Source: Candidatus Eiseniibacteriota bacterium (GTDB lineage: Bacteria > Eisenbacteria > RBG-16-71-46). From it: a stretch of DNA of 64,000 bases. The notes under the pieces are model-generated. The model was not told the DNA's origin. It ran no database searches and was given only the letters and a program-made list of their open reading frames with translations. The stretch lies in contig JANMQY010000030.1 of the NCBI GenBank assembly GCA_031370785.1, forward strand, positions 19,085 to 83,084. The letters are read 5' to 3'. A program made the translations under genes and the position numbers. The stretch's first letter is position 1, and each line of letters opens with the position of its first letter. Of this stretch, positions 58,285-64,000 are shown in pieces.

Positions 58285-59547
58285 TCAGCGCGCGGCGAGT
58301 CGCACGAAACGGCGCACGCGCCGACCGTCTTCGCTGCTCAGCACCGCCCAGTACAGTCCGGAGGAGAGTGATGCGGGGGACCAGCGGCGCACTTCGCGCG
58401 CGCCGCTCCCGACGCCGCGCACCGGATCGGTGACGCGCCGCCCAGCCGGATCGAAGATCTCGATGCGCCAGTGTTCGCCCGCGCGCGGCGTGAACGCGAA
58501 CTCGACCGTACCACTCGAAGGATTGGGCGCGACCGTAAATGCCAGATCGGGGAGCGGCGGCGAAACCGAAACCGTCTGCGCCAGGTACCAGGGCTGCGTG
58601 GTCGCGTCGCGGTGGATGAACGCGAGCAGGCTGTCGGCGACTTTGTTGCGACCGCTGGCCGATGGATGCGTGCCGTCGGTGGTCACGAAATCGGAACACG
58701 CCCAGGTGAGACCATCGCTGCGCGCGTTAAGTCCATCCGCCCACAGGTAGGGTCCCCACGCCAGCCACGGCGCCTGCGGAGCACCAGTGCTAGGGCTATA
58801 CGCGAGGCTCTCAGCGCCCGCGATCTGCGCGGCGATCAGATTCTTGAATGCGAAGCCCGATTCGTACGCGTACGGTTCGGGATTGAGCGCGGTGCTGGCG
58901 TAGCCCGCGTAGATCCGGCTGGTGAGATACATCAGCTTCACGTTGGGTAGCTTCGCCCTTACGTTGCGAACCACCGAACCCATGTACCAGGTCAGCGTGT
59001 CGGCGGAGGCGGGAAATCCACCGGTCGGCTGCCGGTTGGCCTCCTTGCTCCACACCACCTGTGCCTGCAGCGGCGAAGAGCCGTGGCCGCGCAGCCGTGT
59101 GGCGACGCTGTCCCAGTAGGCGGCGTCGGGATTTCGGATGCGGTCCGCCGACTGTCCGCCCAACGCGCAGTCGATCACCAGCACCCTGGGATTGCGCGCC
59201 GGATCGGCAATGGCCTTGGGTACGAACGAGCTGAACTCCTGCGTGCAGTTGCTCATTCCGATCGAGATCAGCACGATGCGTCCGTTCGCTGGATCGGGGT
59301 TGCCGAGCGTGTCGAGCGGCACGATGGACTGCGCGATCGAGACGCCGGCCGCATTGTGCGCTGGCGGACGCACGTTTGCGCCGCCGGCATAGAGCCCCCC
59401 CTGCGCGCCCTGGTAGAACCTGACGCCGAGATCGGTCAGCGGAACGAAACCCTTCGAGGTGCTGTCGCACAGCGAAGCACCGCCAACGGGGCGCGGAGCG
59501 ACGAGGGCGAACGCAAGAAGCACGGTCCAGGCGTGGCGTGAAGGCAT
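58285..59547 (-). CDS. Secreted SGNH-hydrolase-like protein with a FlgD/T9SS-like tail
   Basis: SIGMSN, GGQS, DGTHPS; PNP...FDPAGRRV...SGLYW. Confidence 0.65.
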   Translation of the reverse strand: MPSRHAWTVLLAFALVAPRPVGGASLCDSTSKGFVPLTDLGVRFYQGAQGGLYAGGANVRPPAHNAAGVSIAQSIVPLDTLGNPDPANGRIVLISIGMSNCTQEFSSFVPKAIADPARNPRVLVIDCALGGQSADRIRNPDAAYWDSVATRLRGHGSSPLQAQVVWSKEANRQPTGGFPASADTLTWYMGSVVRNVRAKLPNVKLMYLTSRIYAGYASTALNPEPYAYESGFAFKNLIAAQIAGAESLAYSPSTGAPQAPWLAWGPYLWADGLNARSDGLTWACSDFVTTDGTHPSASGRNKVADSLLAFIHRDATTQPWYLAQTVSVSPPLPDLAFTVAPNPSSGTVEFAFTPRAGEHWRIEIFDPAGRRVTDPVRGVGSGAREVRRWSPASLSSGLYWAVLSSEDGRRVRRFVRLAAR

Positions 59548-59668
59548 GTCGGATTCCAGATGGAAGGTGGTCGGTGCCGGGCGGAAAAATGATAAGGCCC
59601 GCAGGGCGCGGGCCACAGGGCAAAATTCCTTTCACTGGTGGGCGAGCTTGCCAGCCGGATTCGACGCC

Positions 59669-60430
59669 CTACGCGGCCCAGACGCTCGTAACGATGAACC
59701 CGGTCTTCCAGCGATGGTAGCGCTCGACATGCTCCGGCGCGATCGTGCACCTGAGCTTCCTTCCATTGACCGAGATCGTGGCCCACTGCGATCGCCCGAC
59801 CCACATGCCGCCGGCGACCGTGATTTCAACTTCGTCGCGTGACGCGACCCGCGTCTCGCCTCCCGAGGCCAGGAACACCGCGCCATCGCCGGTGAGATGC
59901 GCTTTCCACAACTCGGGCCGCCAGCCGTACGAGGCGAATTCGATCATGTCGGTCGACTCGCTGACGCGTGTGCTGCGGATGCCGCGCACGATTTCCTCGA
60001 GCTGCTGCAACTCCGCGTCACCGGCCGGTTCGTGGAACTCCTCGCGAAACCGAGCATAGCGCAGGAAGTTCACGGTGCCCCACGCGGCCTGGCAGATGCC
60101 GAGCTTGAGCCAGAACGCCGAGTCGAGCACACCCAGCCCCGAGTGCATCCAGAGCCCGATGCCGAGAATGTTGTAGGCGCCGACCATGAGCAGCGAGAAG
60201 CCGTCGAGCACGACGCCGGCGGGCCTGGGCGAGCGGATGCTCCATGTCCCGGTGCCGAGCAGAACCGCACCGACGAACAACCGGACCCAATCCCCGGGCG
60301 GCACCAGGCCGAGCGCGATGCCGACCGCGCCGAAAAAGATGCTTCCCCAGCCGGTCGCGCGAAGCGTTCTGCGCGCGAACCGGTAGCGGGCGACCTTCTC
60401 CAGCCTGGACCAGTGGTTTCCGGATTCCAT
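59669..60430 (-). CDS. Hypothetical membrane protein
   Basis: About four N-terminal TM segments and a soluble C-terminus; GGGAG RBS. Confidence 0.65.
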   Translation of the reverse strand: MESGNHWSRLEKVARYRFARRTLRATGWGSIFFGAVGIALGLVPPGDWVRLFVGAVLLGTGTWSIRSPRPAGVVLDGFSLLMVGAYNILGIGLWMHSGLGVLDSAFWLKLGICQAAWGTVNFLRYARFREEFHEPAGDAELQQLEEIVRGIRSTRVSESTDMIEFASYGWRPELWKAHLTGDGAVFLASGGETRVASRDEVEITVAGGMWVGRSQWATISVNGRKLRCTIAPEHVERYHRWKTGFIVTSVWAA

Positions 60431-60563
60431 GCGGCACTCCCTGGAAGCGAGGCGGCGGGACCGGACGACATGGAGGCAGCGGGGCGGGCCCCGAGGGGGT
60501 TCGAAACAAATCGGTCCGGTCAGAAGGAAATCGGCAGGTAGCGGCGAAAGTTGAGGGCCGAGT

Positions 60564-61634
60564 TCAGCGCGCTCCGGAGGTCAACTTGCGCGCCAACGCG
60601 GTGAGGGCGACGGCGGGCGACGCCGGATCAACGTAGCGTAGGGCGGCTCGCGATACCACGGCCGCTTCGAGGCACCCGCGCCACACTTCGACCTCGATAC
60701 GTCGGTGGGTGATCGTGTGCCGGACCGACTTGCCGGTGGGCTCGAGCGTGGCGCGCACACCGAGGCGACGCAGCTCGGTTGCCAGCGCCGCCTTCGCGCC
60801 ATTGCCGTTGGTCAGCTCCACCCCCGGCGGCTCCCACAGCCCGTCGAGCAGTGCCCCCTCCCGCCTCGCCATCAGCGTTCGTCCGCCGCGCTCGATGAGC
60901 GCGACCGCGCGCCTTACGCGTTCCGTCGCGCGGCGTTTCGCGACCGGAGGGTACGCCTCTTCCTTCCCCAGGGCGTGCGCGCGGCAGAGCGTGCTGACCG
61001 GGCATTCGTGGCAGCGCGGCGCGCGCGGGGTGCAGATCGTGGCGCCCAGCTCCATCATCGCCTGGTTCCATCCGCCAGGGTCGCGCATCGGAACCAGTGC
61101 GCTGGCGTGGCTCCAGAGTTTTCTGGCATCGCGCGGCTCGCGAACGGCGAGCGGTTGTGCGAGCCAGCGCGCGAGCACGCGGGCCACGTTGCCGTCGAGC
61201 ACGGGGAGCGGGCGCTCGAACGCGATCGAAAGCACGGCGCCGGTGGTGTAGCGCCCGACGCCGGGCAAGCGGCCGAAGGCGTCCGGATCGTCCGGGACGC
61301 GTCCGCGGTGGTCGCGCACGACTTCACGCGCGGCGGCGTGCAGGTGCCGGGCACGCCGGTAGTAGCCCAATCCGGCCCAGTGTTTCAGCACCTCGGATTC
61401 GGCAGCCGAGGCGAGGTCATCAACTGAAGGGAACCGGCCGATAAACGCCCTGTAATAGGGTATGGCGGTCGCCACCTGGGTCTGCTGGAGCATCACCTCC
61501 GAAACCCAGATGTGATACGGATCGCGCGTCTCGCGCCACGGCAGGTCGCGGCGCCGCGCGCGATACCACGCGAGCAGCCGGCGATGAAGCGCCGCGCGAG
61601 TGCGCGGCGGAAACGAGGAGCGATCAGCACACAT
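60564..61634 (-). CDS. mutY: A/G-specific adenine glycosylase MutY
   Basis: RDLPWR, SEVMLQQT, WAGLGYY, LPGVGRYT, DGNV and CX6CX2CX5C. Confidence 0.95.
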   Translation of the reverse strand: MCADRSSFPPRTRAALHRRLLAWYRARRRDLPWRETRDPYHIWVSEVMLQQTQVATAIPYYRAFIGRFPSVDDLASAAESEVLKHWAGLGYYRRARHLHAAAREVVRDHRGRVPDDPDAFGRLPGVGRYTTGAVLSIAFERPLPVLDGNVARVLARWLAQPLAVREPRDARKLWSHASALVPMRDPGGWNQAMMELGATICTPRAPRCHECPVSTLCRAHALGKEEAYPPVAKRRATERVRRAVALIERGGRTLMARREGALLDGLWEPPGVELTNGNGAKAALATELRRLGVRATLEPTGKSVRHTITHRRIEVEVWRGCLEAAVVSRAALRYVDPASPAVALTALARKLTSGAR

Positions 61635-62472
61635 GTCGGGATCCGATTCCATCCGCGCCGACTTCGAGACTCTGGTGCGCCGCCCCGAGCCCATGCTCGA
61701 CCTGGCGCGCGCCGCGCTGCTGGTCGCCGCCGAGAGCGACCCGAACATGGACGTGGACGCCCACCTCTCGCGGTTCGACCAGTGGGCCGAAGAGCTGCGC
61801 TCCCGCCTCCAGCCCGACTGGAACAACCTGCAGAAGCTGGCGCGCCTTCGCACCTTCGTGTTCGAGGATCTGGGATTCCGCGGCGACCGCAAGGACTACT
61901 TCAGCCCGAGCAACTCGCTGCTCCACGAAGTCCTCGAGCGCCGGCGCGGCATCCCACTCACGCTCGCGATCGTGATGATGGAGCTGGGCTGGCGCGTCGG
62001 AATCCCGTTCGAAGGCGTCGGCTTCCCCGGGCATTTCCTGGTGCGCTTGGCCGGCGAGCCGGGCGATCTGCTGCTCGATCCCTACACGCGCGGCATGTCG
62101 GTGCACGAAGACGACTGCCGGCGCATGCTGCAGGAGACCACCGGCGGACGGGTCGAGTACGACGCGCGCCTGCTCGCCTCGGTCGGCAAGCGCCAGATGC
62201 TGGTGCGCCTGCTCCACAACCTCAAGGCTGCCTACCTGAGAGCGGGCGACGACGAGCAGGCGCTGGCGGCGGTCGACCGCATCCTCATCATCGAGCCCGA
62301 CGATCTGGATCAGGTGCGGGATCGCGGGCTGCTCCTGTTCCGCATGCGCCAGTACAACCGCGCGCTCGAGTGCCTGAACCGGTACCTCGAGGGCACACCC
62401 GCGGCCCCCGACCGCACGAGCATCGAGCAGCACGCGCGAGCGCTGCGCCAGCTTCTCTCCAGCCTCAACTAG
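61633..62472 (+). CDS. SirB1/transglutaminase-like protein with a TPR
   Basis: NSLLHEVLERRRGIPLTL, GVGFPGHFL, NLKAAY and RDRG. Confidence 0.9.
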   Translation: MSGSDSIRADFETLVRRPEPMLDLARAALLVAAESDPNMDVDAHLSRFDQWAEELRSRLQPDWNNLQKLARLRTFVFEDLGFRGDRKDYFSPSNSLLHEVLERRRGIPLTLAIVMMELGWRVGIPFEGVGFPGHFLVRLAGEPGDLLLDPYTRGMSVHEDDCRRMLQETTGGRVEYDARLLASVGKRQMLVRLLHNLKAAYLRAGDDEQALAAVDRILIIEPDDLDQVRDRGLLLFRMRQYNRALECLNRYLEGTPAAPDRTSIEQHARALRQLLSSLN

Positions 62473-62573
62473 TCCCGGCGCCGAGGTGTCGCTCCTCGCT
62501 CGCTTCACGTTCCCTCCCACAGGCATTATCGTGCGTGGGATTCTCGCACACGCTCACCCCGGGGAACGAGCCT

Positions 62574-64000
62574 TTGGTCACCACTCTGCTGAACAAGCGT
62601 TACCGCCTCGACTCCGAGCTGGGCCGCGGCGCAAGCGGCACCGTGTATCGGGCGCACGACACGGTGCTGGATCGCGCGGTCGCGGTGAAGATGCTCGAGG
62701 GCGGCCTGGACGAGCACGCCCGCGAGCGGCTGGGGCGCGAGGCGCGCGCCGCAGCGGCGCTCAACCATCCCAACATCGTCGCGATGTACGACTCGGGAGA
62801 GGACAACGGCCGCGCCTTTCTGGTGATGGAGCTGGTCGAGGGCGCGAACCTGCGCGACGCGGGCGCGCTCGATCTGGCGCAGGTGGTCGCCATCGCGCGC
62901 CAGCTATGCGCGGCGCTCGGCCATGCGCACGCGCACGGGATCGTGCACCGCGATCTCAAGCCCGCGAACGTGCTGGTGATCCGCGAGCGCAGCGGGCTCA
63001 CCGCCAAGCTCGCGGACCTGGGGATCGCACTCTCGCGCCGCGCGACGCGAATCACCAGCGAGGGGACGCTGCTCGGCACTGCGCTCTACCTCGCGCCCGA
63101 GCAGGCGTTGGGCCCCGAGGTGGATGGACGTGCGGATCTCTATGCGCTCGGCGCGGTGATGTACGAACAGCTCGCCGGGCGTCCGCCGTTCACCGGGGAT
63201 GATCCGCTCGCGGTGATCTCGCAGCACCTGCACGCGCCGGTCGTGCCGCCCCGTACCTTCCGCCCCGATCTGCCGCCCGGGCTGGAATCGGTGATCGTGC
63301 GGCTGCTCGCCAAGGCGCCCTCCGACCGTTTTGCTTCGGCGAAGGAGGTCGATGAGGCCCTCGCCTCGGCGCCGCTCGAGTCGGCGGGCGAGACTCCGGT
63401 GCCCTCGGGCAACGATCGCATGGCGCTGCTCGACCAGCTCGCGCGCGGGCGACTCGTCGGCCGGCGCGGCGAGCTGCAGCAGCTGCGCGAGCTGTGGCTG
63501 CGCGCGCGCAAGGGCCAAGGCCACCTCGCGCTGGTCTCGGGCGAACCGGGCGTGGGCAAGACCCGGCTCGCGCACGAGCTGATCGTGTTCTCACAGCTCA
63601 ATGGCGGGACCGTGCTGCGCGGCGGCAGCTACGAATACGAAGCCGCGACGCCCTACCTGCCGTTCGTCGAAGCGGTGCGTGGCTGGGCGCGCTCGGTGGA
63701 TCTGGCCACGCTGCGCGATCGGCTCGGCGACACCGCGCGCGAGCTGGCGCGCTTTGCGCCCGAGATCGAGACCCGGTTGGGGCCGATCGAGCCCAATCCG
63801 CCGCTGCCGCCGCACGAGGAGCGCCTGCGCCTGTTCGATCAGGTGGCGCGCTTCTTCCGCGCGCTCGCCGCGGACGATGGCCTGCTGCTGTTCATCGACG
63901 ATCTGCACTGGGCCGATCACGGCTCGCTGGCGCTATTGCACTACCTGCTGCGCAACCTGCGCGATGCGCGCTGGCTGGTGGTCGCCACCTATCGCGAGGT
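62574..64000 (+). CDS. Ser/Thr kinase fused to a STAND-like AAA ATPase, truncated (start TTG 62574 or GTG 62535)
   Basis: Manual translation gives LGRGASGTVY, VAVK, HRDLKPAN, YLAPEQ, then LVGR, GEPGVGKT and IDDLHWAD. Confidence 0.92.
   Translation, partial: MVTTLLNKRYRLDSELGRGASGTVYRAHDTVLDRAVAVKMLEGGLDEHARERLGREARAAAALNHPNIVAMYDSGEDNGRAFLVMELVEGANLRDAGALDLAQVVAIARQLCAALGHAHAHGIVHRDLKPANVLVIRERSGLTAKLADLGIALSRRATRITSEGTLLGTALYLAPEQALGPEVDGRADLYALGAVMYEQLAGRPPFTGDDPLAVISQHLHAPVVPPRTFRPDLPPGLESVIVRLLAKAPSDRFASAKEVDEALASAPLESAGETPVPSGNDRMALLDQLARGRLVGRRGELQQLRELWLRARKGQGHLALVSGEPGVGKTRLAHELIVFSQLNGGTVLRGGSYEYEAATPYLPFVEAVRGWARSVDLATLRDRLGDTARELARFAPEIETRLGPIEPNPPLPPHEERLRLFDQVARFFRALAADDGLLLFIDDLHWADHGSLALLHYLLRNLRDARWLVVATYRE

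Noticed and set aside
1..64000. tRNA, rRNA, integrase or phage genes
   Set aside because: None were recognised by eye; tRNAscan-SE or Infernal would be needed to exclude them.

Overview
High-GC bacterial DNA, gene-dense and mostly on the minus strand. Several secreted proteins end in FlgD-Ig/T9SS-like C-terminal domains and one ends in a TWGxLKxxYR tail, which suggests (inference only) an FCB-group lineage such as Ca. Eisenbacteria. (1) Positions 1-26.3 kb are a heavy-metal accessory island. It holds an HME-RND/adaptor/TolC efflux operon headed by a Cys/His-rich leader ORF ending in RGPP, periplasmic metal-binding proteins, DUF305 and DUF302 genes, an IS21 nested in a deleted IS3, a Cyc2/ExtI-like CxxCH-porin, xfp-ackA, an MFS, a CPD-motif Cu ATPase and a P1B-5 ATPase. 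(2) Positions 26.4-38.6 kb hold a ChrB-domain/MoaD-like/beta-propeller trio, secreted S8 and PA-domain zinc proteases and two gene remnants. (3) Positions 38.6-47.7 kb are the strongest novelty candidate: a FAD/multi-[4Fe-4S] oxidoreductase translationally coupled to a 2157-aa domain-permuted glutamate-synthase-like protein with an internal glutaminase Cys; no gltD is seen in the window. (4) Positions 47.9-64 kb hold a rhomboid, an MFS, a GT39, a candidate bacteriocin-like precursor/immunity pair, a TPP riboswitch controlling an SSS symporter plus a TonB receptor, a TIMP-like protein, TfoX, an SGNH-like protein, mutY, SirB1 and a kinase-ATPase. No rRNA, tRNA or CRISPR array was seen. All family calls come from motif recognition by eye; no database searches were run.
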